NCBI GenBank assembly: GCA_951406725.2
Contig: OX597831.1
Coordinates: 21,080,001-21,144,000 of the forward strand
Direction: 5' to 3'
DNA length: 64,000 bases
Source: Octopus vulgaris
Lineage: Eukaryota
The translations under genes and the position numbers were made by a program. Positions 39,903-53,193 of this stretch are shown here, piece by piece. The stretch's first letter is position 1. Each line of letters starts with the position of its first letter. The notes below the pieces were generated by a model, which was given only the letters and a program-made list of their open reading frames with translations, ran no database searches and was not told where the DNA came from.

Positions 39903-40415
39903 CAGTAGATATCCGTCGGTCTCAGGAGACTATGTGTCTGCGCCCCCAAGAGGCACCAGATGAAGCGACTTAATATCACTCTTACAGACCTGCTTCAAAC
40001 GAAGATGAGGTCATTCTAGTGCTCTTGTACCGGTGGTATTTTTGGATCCTTTCGTCCGGCATGCAGTGTACAGGGACGCACGCCTTATATACGGCAATCT
40101 TGGTGTTTGCAGCTATTTTTTATTTTCCCAGATTCTCTTTGTGATCCTGGCACGTGTGTAGGATGTTTGTCCGATTAACCTGTTGATCTCAGGGTTCAAG
40201 AAAGGTCATCAACTATGGTAGAGCCAAGGTAGGTGACTTCATGGACTACCACTTGCTTGTATTTATTGAGGGTGGTAGTGGGGGTGCTTGGCACTTTGGC
40301 CCAGTGCTTCGGTCTTCTTGACATTGAGAGTCTGAATTCCTGACAGGCCTTTGAAAGTTTGTCCACGGCGTACTGCATTTACTCTTCAGAGAGCCCTGTT
40401 AGTGCTGTGTAGCCC
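39903..40415 (-). pseudogene. RTE-clade LINE RT fragment with internal deletion and 3' end
   Basis: VDKLSKACQEFRL, VVHEVTYLGSTI, EINRLIG...ARITKRIWENKK. Confidence 0.8.
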
Positions 40416-40416
40416 G

Positions 40417-40654
40417 CATACATACATACATACATACATACATACATACATACATACATACATACATACATACATACGTACAAACATACATACATAGATA
40501 CATACATACATACATACATTCATATATAATACATACATACATACATACATACATACATTCATATATAATACATACATATATACATACATATATACATACA
40601 TACATACATTCATATATAATACATACATACATACATTCATATATAATACATACA

Positions 40655-40685
<31 letters not shown>

Positions 40686-40720
40686 GTATATGTGTATGTA
40701 CATATACGTACATATACACA
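40417..40720. repeat. (CATA)n microsatellite with recurring TTCATATATAA interruptions
   Basis: Directly visible. Confidence 0.95.
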
Positions 40721-41049
40721 AATCTCAAAATGAAATAGACAGAATTTCAAAGATTTATTTCGACAAAGAGAATGACGTCATTTTTAAACATTTGATTCTT
40801 AATCTAGTATGGAAAAGATATACCTGCCGTTTTTAATTGCTTAACCAGTTTGGACATCCTCCTAATTGGTGGTGGTCGCACAAATAAAAAGATATAATGA
40901 GATATATCGTTTTATTTTCGAGACGATTGTATATATGTGTATATGTGCATGTGTGAGTATACAAGTACATGAATTAGTTTGTGTGAGATGTACAGGGACT
41001 GTCTAATCTGATTTAGTTCAGTAGGCTTACTGTGCACATCGCGAGGTGA

Positions 41050-41990
41050 CAGAGGAAAATAAATGCTTTACAAGGTGTTCGCTTCTTATATTATTCTACA
41101 GTTGCTGAATGGTGGGTGATGTTGAATTTCTCTACGAGATAGAAATAATAAGATTTTGTACTGTTCCTAAATGTTTCGCTTGCATAAAACTGTGCATTTA
41201 ATGCTTTGGTTACTACTTTGTTCCCTATTGTTCCTTCTATTTCCATATATAGTTTTAAAGGGCTGTGGAGTATTTAGCTTTTTAGCTGATTGTATATAAG
41301 TGGAGTAGTAGGTTTGTGCAGGCAAGTTTTGAGGGAGAATTCTATACGCTCTATATATTTGGAGGATGTGTTGTTGGCAAAGGCATCCGTGATACATTGC
41401 TTTTCTCTGCAGACCTGATTCTCAGGTGAGGGAGGGGGAAAATCTCTGTTTCAAGAATTGCATGTAGCCTCTGTTCGCTCTACGTTTGATTACATTTGTT
41501 TCAGCATTATCCTTCTTGAAACAACAGACATATTATTGTGACGGCTGTCGTTAAACCAGCTGCTGTGTTTCTGGAAGAGCTTGTGGAATCTATGGTCGTT
41601 CGAGAAATATTTTCTACTTAGAAATCAGAAATGTTTGCAAAAATGAGATTTCGTATCGCTGCGGTAATGTGGGCTACACAATATAACAATATTTCTTTTC
41701 TGTAATTTTAACATTCTTGGACGGTGTTGTAGAGCATCTTATTCTTCCTGGCATCAAATACGTGAAAGTGTCTCACTGTAGCGATCATCAATGTTCTTAA
41801 TACGGTTCTCTCAGGGAATAATGCTTAAATCCTTTTCCTGACGCCTTGCGCAGTTACATTCCTGATGTTCGGTAGCTCGTTGGATTATGTATGGAAACCG
41901 AAAATCAGTTTAAGTAAAACCGACAGTGAGATTATTGTTGCCAGGTTCTCGTGCGTAATCCTTGTTTCATGTGAAATTTCATAGATACGA
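41050..41990 (-). pseudogene. Penelope-like element remnant (RT thumb/linker plus GIY-YIG endonuclease), Naiad-like
   Basis: Minus-strand pieces SNELPNIR..GVRKRI*AL, VEKYFSNDHRFHKLF, KYIERIEFSLKTCL, KYSTAL*NYIWK*KEQ, YLVEKFNI follow the order of PLE motifs SNHPP, KHF..HKLHKIF, YIG.T..FK.R, ST.LS.YIW.LK, LCL.EK. Confidence 0.7.
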
Positions 41991-42330
41991 TTCTATACGA
42001 TTCCGAAAAGTTGTATGGAACACATATTCTTACACTACCACATACACAAGCATAATGTATGTAATTTATATATACATGTGTGTTTGTGTGTCTTTATAGT
42101 TATATAAACACATTCACACACGCATACACGCGCACACACGCTCATGTGTGCATGCATATATCGTGATAATTTTTATGAATAAACTGTATGTTAAGTGGCA
42201 CTATATAGACCTAATGTGAAGTTGTATGTGTATATATGCGTGCATACACACTTACGTACACAAATATATACTCACGTACATACATGCTTGCATATTTATA
42301 TATATATATATATATACGTGTATATAAACT

Positions 42331-42380
<50 letters not shown>

Positions 42381-42464
42381 GATATATAGATATATAGATA
42401 TATAGATATATACATAAATATATTTGTGCGTACTTAGATACAAACATATCACACACACACACAC

Positions 42465-42568
<104 letters not shown>

Positions 42569-43346
42569 AGTAATATAATTCCTAGACAAGTCAGGTCAGA
42601 TATCAATCTACTGAAACTCCTCAGAAAATTTCTCATACAAACATCGTTAAATATTTCTGGTTTTGTGTTTTTCTTCGTTTCTTTCCGAGTCTACCATTCT
42701 AACGCTAAATAATTAGATCAACTTAATGGTTCATCAGTTTCGTACCAATATCAATTTCATATAATATATCGATTCCAGTGCCATTCCGTGCCGAATATCC
42801 GAACATTTTCACCATAACAATAATAACATCGCCCATTTCATTTACTTCTCCAATTTTCTTACACTAAAATAGCCATTGTTATTGTTTGTACCATAAACAT
42901 TTTTCTTGTTATTCTGTAATTCTATTATTCCAGTTAAGTGGGCGGCATTGCAAATTAGATTGGGTTTACAAGTTGACAGTGAAATATGGTGAATCTACCG
43001 ATCAGGAGATTTTGTCTTCGCTCGCCGAATTCCTAAAGACATAATTACTACTAGATTCGTGTAATTATTATCATTTCATTTATTTATTTATCTATATTAT
43101 TACTGATGTAATTGAGACGATATTAGAGATGGAAACATGATGATACTCGATGATAAATGTTTCGGCTTATGTCTTGCAGGTTTAAATAGAGAATAGTTCA
43201 ATAGTGTACAGTTGAACAGTCACTTTCGAGCTATTATTTTATTTTGATGTGTACCACGTCTTCTGTAATTGGTTTGGAAGTCTATGTTATGCAGAGAAGA
43301 AATACAGGAAGTTCAATCTAAGTTTGACAGTTTGTATAAAAAAACA

Positions 43347-43645
43347 TCGCCCTTTTCAAGCCTAGCCAGGCTCATGGGCCCGGTTTCTGTGGCGTATGTG
43401 CCCCCCCCCCCAGCTGGACGGGCCGCCAGTCCATCACAGCGTTACTCAAGAAACAGGAGGAGAGAATGAGGTAAAAGTTGCGGCGAAAGAGTACAACAAG
43501 GGTCGCCACCAGCCCCTGCCGGAGCCTCGTGGAGCATTTAGATGTTTTCGCTCAATAAATACACAGAACGCCCGGTCGGGGAATCGAAACCGCGATCCTC
43601 CGACCGAGAGTCTACTGCCCTAACCACTGGGCCATTGTGCCTCCA
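43347..43645 (-). mobile_element. SINE with family C head and family D tail
   Basis: Head matches 33600-33748; tail matches 1900-2005. Confidence 0.88.
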
Positions 43646-44132
43646 GTTTTTATCAAAGGTGGTGGTGGTGATGGGGGGGTGGGGTAATATCCCATCCAAT
43701 GAAGCATTTAAAAAAAATCAAAATATGTCAAATAAAGTATGGTTGGGAGATAAAAGCTTACTCAATGTAGCCACCCCTTGCTGACACGGCGGTCTCCATA
43801 CGGCTCTGCAAACTGGCGCCTACCTCCCTTACTGTGGTCTTGGGATCTTGATACCCTGCTCAGCCTTGGAATTGCAGGCAAAGCGGGTGGTTTTCTTTCT
43901 TCACGGCACCCCATGCGTAGTAATACATGTGATTACAATGGAGTGAATCAGGAAGTCACAAGTTGCTGGTGAAATCGTAAGAGGTTTCTGACAACCACTT
44001 CTGACTCCGGCCAGAGTCATCTCAAGCAGCCGAATCCTGCTGCCCCACATATAGCCTTCCAGCAGCAGTATTTGCTTCATTATCTAAAATAATATACAGT
44101 AAATCAATCGTAAATTATTTTATTTGATAATT

Positions 44133-44520
44133 AGGCGCAGGAGCGGCTGTGTGTTAAGTAGCTTGCTTACCAACCACATGGTTCCGTGGCACCTTGGGCA
44201 GGTGTCTTCTACTATAGCATTGGGCCGACCAAAGCCTTGTGAGTGGATTTGGTAAACGGAAACGGAAAAAGCCCGTCGTATATATGTATATATATGGATG
44301 TGTGTATATGTTTGTGTGGCTGTGTTTGTCCACCCCAACATCGCTTGACAACCGATGGTGGTGTGTTTACGTCCCTGTTATCTTAGCGGTTCGGCAAAAG
44401 CGACCGATAGAAGAAGTACTAGTCTGCCAAGGAATAAGTCCTGTGGTTGATTTGCCCGACTAAAGGCGGTGCTCCAGCATGGCCGCAGTTAAATGACTGA
44501 AACAAGTAAAAAGAGAATAA
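44133..44520 (+). mobile_element. SINE family B
   Basis: Colinear with 12099-12490. Confidence 0.9.
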
Positions 44521-44749
44521 AAGAAAATAATAATAAAATTAAAATCAAACAAATATAATAATATGTATATTAATTTCAATTATTAATATAATGAAAACAA
44601 CATTATATTTACTAAAACAAAAGTCCATCAGTTAACAAGTATCGATTAAATACACAAGTATGTAATCTACATATCTATACTTAATATCTTAGAATTATAT
44701 ACAACAGTCTCCAGTAGATTTATATAGTCATTTGAATTGAAATTAAGCC

Positions 44750-45160
44750 ATTTGTCCTGCTGTTGTTGGACGAATTTTCGGGCGTGGGAATGCAATCAGA
44801 ATGCCCTTCGTGTCATTCCCGCTCGCTACATCTTCGTAGTCCCCATTTCAGCTGTACTTGTCGCATCTTGCAGGTTTTAAAGTGTCCTCAGAACATTGAG
44901 CTGTAGTCATGATGTCAGCATTTTGATATCTGGTGCGAATCATCATGACTCAGGCATCTCTTTTGCAATGTTCAGATTGTATACAGGCTTTCATGTAAGC
45001 AAAATTTTTCTCAAACACAACTTTAAGCTTTATACTTTGGAACATCCTAACTATTCATCAAAACATCAAGCTGCACTTGATAAAAGGAGACAAATAATCG
45101 TCAAATCTATGCAAACACTCTGTAGATTGCTTCTTGTCTCCCTTCAACCTTGACGCCTTG
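44750..45160 (-). mobile_element. Tc1/mariner-superfamily transposase N-terminal remnant (copy at 52349-52750)
   Basis: RRDA.VMMIR...ADIMTTAQCS...HSDCI.TP.(F)VQQ.QD resembles the HTH-linker region of Tc1/mariner transposases. Confidence 0.5.
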
Positions 45161-45499
45161 ACCCAACGGAAAATCCAGGATCTGGCAGCTGGAAAGAGAG
45201 GGAGAGAAGGAGAGATAGATAGAGAGAAAGAGAGAGAAAGAAAGAGAGAAGGAAAGAGACCTCTGAACCCTAGCATTGGACTGGTATTTGCTTTTATTTG
45301 ACTAGTGAGGGACTGCATGAAGTGAAATGCGTTATTCAAGGATAGCGCGCTGCGCCATTCAGGACTCGAACTCAGAAACACATCCTCTTTTGTGAAACAC
45401 TTTAACAACTGGAACAAACATCTTCGGGTTATAGTTTTAATCAGTCTTTGGCAACAAATTCTTCCATGCTTTTCATATAGGGAGTTGTTATATATGCAT

Positions 45500-45611
<112 letters not shown>

Positions 45612-47419
45612 AAGTGAGAGAGAGAGAGAAAGAGACTAAATCCTAAATGGCTGTTGATCTCGGCAGGATTTGAACACTTGAATTCAGATCTCAAAATACA
45701 TGGAAGCATGTACTGCAAAGAAATCTCCCTGACTTCCTCACAATCCCATCATTTGATCGTCTCAGTTGAGAGGTTAGGGAATCATAAGTTATTTTTATTT
45801 CGTTGAGCTTCATCGGGTTCTGCTATGAAATGTGATCGGTTCTGGAACCCAGAGCGCGTCAGAGGCGGTTCAGGATGTAAATAATGTTGTCAGTCCTGAG
45901 CTGTGATTCATCAGTTGAGCACTGCCTGATTTGATCGGTGTAACGTCGGTTAAAATGTCTCACAGTACTGAGTTAGGATTGACTATAAGCATCTATGTGT
46001 ATGTTTATAAACACGAAACATCAATCGTAGACTCAGATACATTTTCCCAATTTAACAATAGAAAACTTTTTAATATGATTTATTTGGATCGTCTAACATC
46101 GTGATGCAAGGTTTTCCGATGTTCACCTCCTAGACATTTTACAATATTTCAACAAATACTTTTATTTATGGCGATATAAACGTTAAGATATAAGATGTAA
46201 CACAAGCAAAACTATTGATTAGCTTAATTTAGTTTAACGTCGTTCAGTCTTATATCTTACAGTTAGACATACCAAACGACGAAACGGTTTTCTGTTAGAG
46301 ATGTACTTTACATTTAGCCAACTGAAATCACGACCAAATAAACTGTCAGACAGTCAGTAATTCATATAAAGTGATGGAAATGTATTATTTATTTTATTCT
46401 CAAGATATTTGTTGACGGCTGATATTCGACAGCATATCTGTGTCGGTTGTATTGCTGCATAAATAAACACCAAAGGCTGCGTTCAGAAACGTAACTCCCG
46501 ATCGTCTGCCATGAAATAACTCACACGTACATTCAGAACTTGGCCAAAAACTACGCTGTTTCCTCTTTATCTTTTCTGTCGCCGCCATGCGAATCTGTGC
46601 GTCCAGTCCTCTGCTTGCGAAGGAATTTTGCTATCATATCTGACAGTGCTGCTGCTGTTGCTGCTGTTGATGTTGCTGTTGCTGCTGCTATTGTTGCTGG
46701 CTGCTGCCGCTGTACATAGTGATATTCTTGACCACTCCAAAGTAGTGACACCTGATCGACTGTTTATTAACTCACTCATAGATATACCTCAGCCTCTGAA
46801 GAACATCATACTGTTTTTTCTCTCTGCTTTTGAAATGACTATGATAATGACACCTGCTCTTTGGCGCTTGCTGGACTTATGTCACCCCCACAAAGACAAT
46901 ATTGTTCTACGAATGTCTTCTTTCATCACCCTTGTATGCAAACTCTACACTCCACAATAAGCACTGCTTATACTCATTTCTGAAAATGTTGGACTCTTGG
47001 AATTCTCTAGGGTATATAGGTTGTGAGAACTTCTCTTGAATATTGTGTAAAATTGATCAGCTTCTGTACGACCAACGTCACACCGCATAAGATAATGTCT
47101 TTAGTGCAAAGGCAGTAGGTTCTTTAAACACAGATATATACATAAATTATTAGGGCATCTTCAGAGAAAAGCATGTCATCCTCAAACAGACCATATTTTG
47201 ATAAATCTCCCACGTAATATGTCAGATGGCAGAACTCAAAGTGCAGATATCGGAAATGGCTCTCCGATAGTAATAAGGATAATTCAGTTAAAGCTGAAGT
47301 TTAAAGGAAATAAATGAAGGTTTACCAGCTTAGGCACGGGAAAGTTGAAAGATGATGGAATGAAAGATACATTTGTAGTTGAATCTATTTGTAATTGAAA
47401 TCTATTTGTTGTGTTTGAA

Positions 47420-48200
47420 GCTCAACATGATATAGAAATCAATGATAGATGGAAGAACGTACCGGAAGTAAGCCGGATTATAGACAATGGTGTTCTGTTG
47501 AGAGGAATTATGGGAAGAAGGAAATGGAATCCGGATGAAACATAGGAAATTATTGAACTATGAAAGGAACAAAGACAGATAGTTGAAGGCTTGAGAAAGA
47601 GAGATAATGCGATGGAAGTTAAAATGGAAATAGTTAAATACTGTAGTGTGAAACACAGCGGTGAAACGTCTTTAAAGAAGACATAAAGAGGAGACAAAAA
47701 ATTATCTAACGAAGCAGACAAATTACTCAATGAAGGAGGCTGTACAGGAGATAGAAAATTTTACGAACTAATAAATTAGTTTACAGATAACGAGTATAAG
47801 ATGGCTAATTGCGTTTAGCATTGATGGGAAACTAATAAAATCCGATATGAACACCCAAGACAGATGGACGGAACAATTTAATGAACAAGTTGCTTCATAG
47901 AACAAAATGCTGTGATAATTCTTGAGTTTACAAATGGAATTGGAAGTAGGTGTCGATGAAACAAACTGTTGAAAAATAGTAAATGATATTGAGCAATTTA
48001 AAGAAATGCTGACGATTATCGTGCATTAAACGAAATTGATGGACAAATACGTAAAACAGCTAAGTATATAGAACTGCAAGACTATTATTGAAGCTGTTTC
48101 ATAGTATATGGATGACTTAGCAACTATTTGACAATAGGTGGGTTGTTGGAGACCTTTGGAACTAAGTGTTCAGAAGCTAGACGATCCGGGCACTAGGAAA
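47420..48200 (+). pseudogene. Possible very degraded LINE coding remnant (copy at 55024-55803)
   Basis: Purine-rich strand bias and a YMDDL motif near 48105; no continuous frame. Confidence 0.3.
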
Positions 48201-48269
48201 CATCAGGTACTAAGTGAATAATAATTCAGGTTTCAGGGACTAGGATTACAAAAACTGGAGAACTCAAGA

Positions 48270-48357
48270 TGTTCTTGAGATATCTTGTCCACGGACAAAG
48301 AAACAAACAAACACGACAGAAAGCAATACCCCCGCCTTCGCTAAGGCGGAGGTAATA
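48270..48357. mobile_element. Helentron/HINE-like terminus (copy at 55873-55960)
   Basis: ACAA/GACA short repeats then terminal hairpin ATACCCCCGCCTT-CGCT-AAGGCGGAGGTAAT. Confidence 0.55.
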
Positions 48358-48370
48358 ATAATAGTAATAA

Positions 48371-48582
48371 TTCTTTCTATTATAGACACAAGGCCTGGAA
48401 TTTGTTGGGAGAAGGTAAGTCAATCACATCAAGTCTAGTACTTGACTGTACTTAATTTATGGGCACCGAAAAGATGAAAGGCAAAGTTGACCTCGGCGGA
48501 ATTTGGACTCGGAACGTAAAGACGGGCAAAATACCGCTAAGCATTTTGTCCGGCGTGCTAACTTTCCTGCCAGTTCTCTGAC

Positions 48583-48583
<1 letters not shown>
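48371..48583 (-). mobile_element. SINE family A (copy at 55974-56186)
   Basis: Core and head as in other copies. Confidence 0.85.
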
Positions 48584-48643
<60 letters not shown>

Positions 48644-48703
48644 TGATGATGATGATGATGATGATAATATTAATAATAATAATAATAATGATAACAATAA
48701 TAA

Positions 48704-48758
<55 letters not shown>

Positions 48759-48766
<8 letters not shown>

Positions 48767-49075
48767 GAAGAGTGCCATATTTGTCATGTGAAATTGGTTG
48801 AAAGATATTTCGGCATCTAGCATCCCTTCCACAGCTTCAAAAATTACATGTCTGTCTACTTTATTTTTTGTTAAGACTATATAGGACCGAGGTAACTCAT
48901 CCAGATGTCTTAGAAAATGTTTTTACAAAAACTGAAGTAGACTGACATGTAATTTTTGAACATGTGGAAGGCACGCTAGATGCCGAAATATCGTGCAACC
49001 AATTTCACATGATATGGCACTCTTCTATTTATTTGTGTATAACTTCTGGATGAGTTACCTCTGTCCTATATAGTC

Positions 49076-49079
<4 letters not shown>
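48759..49079. mobile_element. Permuted fold-back element in (TAA)n with hammerhead-like motif on both strands (copy at 56362-56681)
   Basis: X 48759-48871 pairs with X' 48924-49033; Y 48871-48905 pairs with Y' 49045-49079. Confidence 0.8.
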
Positions 49080-49161
<82 letters not shown>

Positions 49162-49179
49162 GATAAAAATAAAAACAAA

Positions 49180-49259
<80 letters not shown>

Positions 49260-49282
49260 TAATAATGATAATAATAATAATA

Positions 49283-49660
49283 ATCAGCAAAATGTGGACT
49301 CTGAAGACTAAAACAATACCTGTTGTCATAGATGCCCTGGGAATGATAGCAAAATGGGCTGATTGCCATCTAACTCAGATACCAGGAAACCCCAAAATGG
49401 CAGAAATTCAAAAGATAGTGCTCATGGGAACTGCTCATATCCTACGCAAAATACCTTTCTATGTAATCTCAAGGTTTAAAACAAACATAATTTTTTATTT
49501 TAGACATCCACTAGTACAACACCAAAAAAGACAACAAAAAAAACAAATATATGGCACACTAGGCATAACAACAACGTGAACTTCCAACCTGTTGTCTCTT
49601 GAGGTCTCAGGGTGAGACTTGGAGCCAACTTGTACAAATATAAAGCAAAAGTCAAACATA

Positions 49661-49663
<3 letters not shown>
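49283..49663 (+). mobile_element. Dong/R4-type LINE 3' end in (TAA)n (copy at 56885-57265)
   Basis: SKMWTLKTKTIPVVIDALG...IQKIVLMGTAHILRK; homologous to 19585-19960. Confidence 0.9.
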
Positions 49664-49726
<63 letters not shown>

Positions 49727-49729
49727 TAA

Positions 49730-49771
<42 letters not shown>

Positions 49772-49782
49772 TAATAATAATG

Positions 49783-49882
<100 letters not shown>

Positions 49883-49941
49883 TAAAAATAAAAATAAAAA
49901 TAATAATAATAAAAATAAAAATAATAATAATAATAATAATG

Positions 49942-50020
<79 letters not shown>

Positions 50021-50492
50021 GGAGGAGGTAAAGTTGATAAATGCGATTATGAGAATGGTATGATGATAATGGTTATTCTGATTAAAATATTAATGTTAAT
50101 AAATTTAAACAACGTCGTCTTCACCATCACCAATACCACCACCACCACCACCACCATTGTCGTCGTCGTCGTCTTCGTTGTCATCGTTATCATTATCGTT
50201 GTTGTCGCCGTCGTCGGTGTGCTCAGCAATTACTCATACCTCATTTATCATTCATTTTTTTCAACATTGTTCGCACATTCACCTCTACCAGCGACAACAG
50301 CAGCAAACCCCCCAAAAAAACCAATACCATGAGCAACAGTAGCCGCTCTAACTCGAAGGCCGCTACCGTTACATGTCAAAGCCGCTGCAAATGCTGGTGC
50401 CGCCGCCGCCGCCGCCGCCGCCTCCTCCACCAGTCCCACTATCATCACCACCTCTACCACCAACTCTACCCCAATCATCATCATCACCATGG

Positions 50493-51546
<1,054 letters not shown>

Positions 51547-51711
51547 GTACAGCATCATCATCGTTATAGTCCCACTCATCCACATCCACATTTTCATCGT
51601 CGCCACCTTCGTCGATTTATCGTTCTTCTTTTCATCGCCGCCGTCGCTTTATGAGAGTACAAAGTGTAAAGCGGCTCATTCATACACGAAGAGAACAGGC
51701 AAAACGAAAGA

Positions 51712-51810
<99 letters not shown>

Positions 51811-52248
51811 AATAATAATAATAAAGGCATCAAGATAATAATAATGAATGACATATTTGAGTAGTAGTAGTGGTGGTGGTGGTGGTTGTTGTAGTAGTAG
51901 GGAAAAGGTGAAGAGGAAGGATGTAGAAGGGAAAGAAAGGGGAAAGAAGAAAAGGAGAAGAAAAAGAAAGAAAAGAAGTAGAAGAAGAAGAAGAAGAAGA
52001 AGAAGAAGAAGAAGAAGAAGAAGAAGAAGAAGAAGAAAGGAGATGATGATGATGATGAAGATGATGATAGAGATGATGAGGCTGACGATTAAGATGATAA
52101 AATACGGGATATGGGAGAAGAATATAGGGAAAAGATGAAGAATGATGAAAAAATAAAAGAAATATAAAAGAAATAAAGAAGAATCAAAACAAGAAGAGAA
52201 AATTTAAAGGAGTAAAACCCTTAAGAGGAAAAGAGAAGAAGAATTAAA

Positions 52249-52348
52249 NNNNNNNNNNNNNNNNNNNNNNNNNNNNNNNNNNNNNNNNNNNNNNNNNNNN
52301 NNNNNNNNNNNNNNNNNNNNNNNNNNNNNNNNNNNNNNNNNNNNNNNN
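52249..52348. other. Assembly gap, 100 N
   Basis: Run of N. Confidence 1.
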
Positions 52349-53107
52349 TGTCCTGCTGTTGTTGGACGAATTTTCGGGCGTGGGAATGCAATCAGAATGC
52401 CCTTCGTGTCATTCCAGCTCGCTACATCATCGTAGTCCCCATTTCAGCTGTACTTGTCACATCTTGCAGGTTTTAAAGTGTCCTCAGAACATTGAGCTGT
52501 AGTCATGATGTCAGCATTTTGATAACTGGTGCAAATCAGCATGACATCTCTTTTCCAATGTTCAGATGGTATTCAGGCCTTCATGTAAGCAAAAGTTTTC
52601 TCAATCACAATTTTAAGCTTTATACTTTAGAACACTCTAACTATTCATCAAAACATCAAGCTGCACTTGATAAAAGGAGACAAATAATCGTCAAATCTAT
52701 GCGAACACTCTGTAGATTGCTTCTTGTCTCCCTTCAACCTTGACGCCTTGACCCAACGGAAAATCCAGGATCTGGCAGCTGGAAAGAGAGAGAGAGAAGG
52801 AGAGATAGATAGAGAGAAAGAGAGAGAAAGAAAGTGAGAGGGAAAGAGACCTCTGAACCCTAGCATTGGACTGGTATTTGCTTTTATTTGACTAGTGAGG
52901 GACTGCATGAAGTGAAATGCGTTATTCAAGGATAGCGCGCTGCGCCATTCAGGACTCGAACTCAGAAACACATCCTCTTTTGTGAAACACTTTAACAACT
53001 GGAACAAACATCTTCGGGTTATAGTTTTAATCAGTCTTTGGCAACAAATTTCTTCCATGCTTTTCATATAGGGAGTTCGGTTATATATGCAATGTGTATG
53101 TGCGTGC

Positions 53108-53193
<86 letters not shown>

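Noticed and set aside
43775-44070. GC-richer island as exon or LINE 5' UTR
   Set aside because: No recognisable peptide or second copy in the window; cannot be assigned
46400-46960. Poly-Gln/Ala host exon
   Set aside because: The CAG-like tract has in-frame stops and frameshifting differences between the two copies; no recognisable domain
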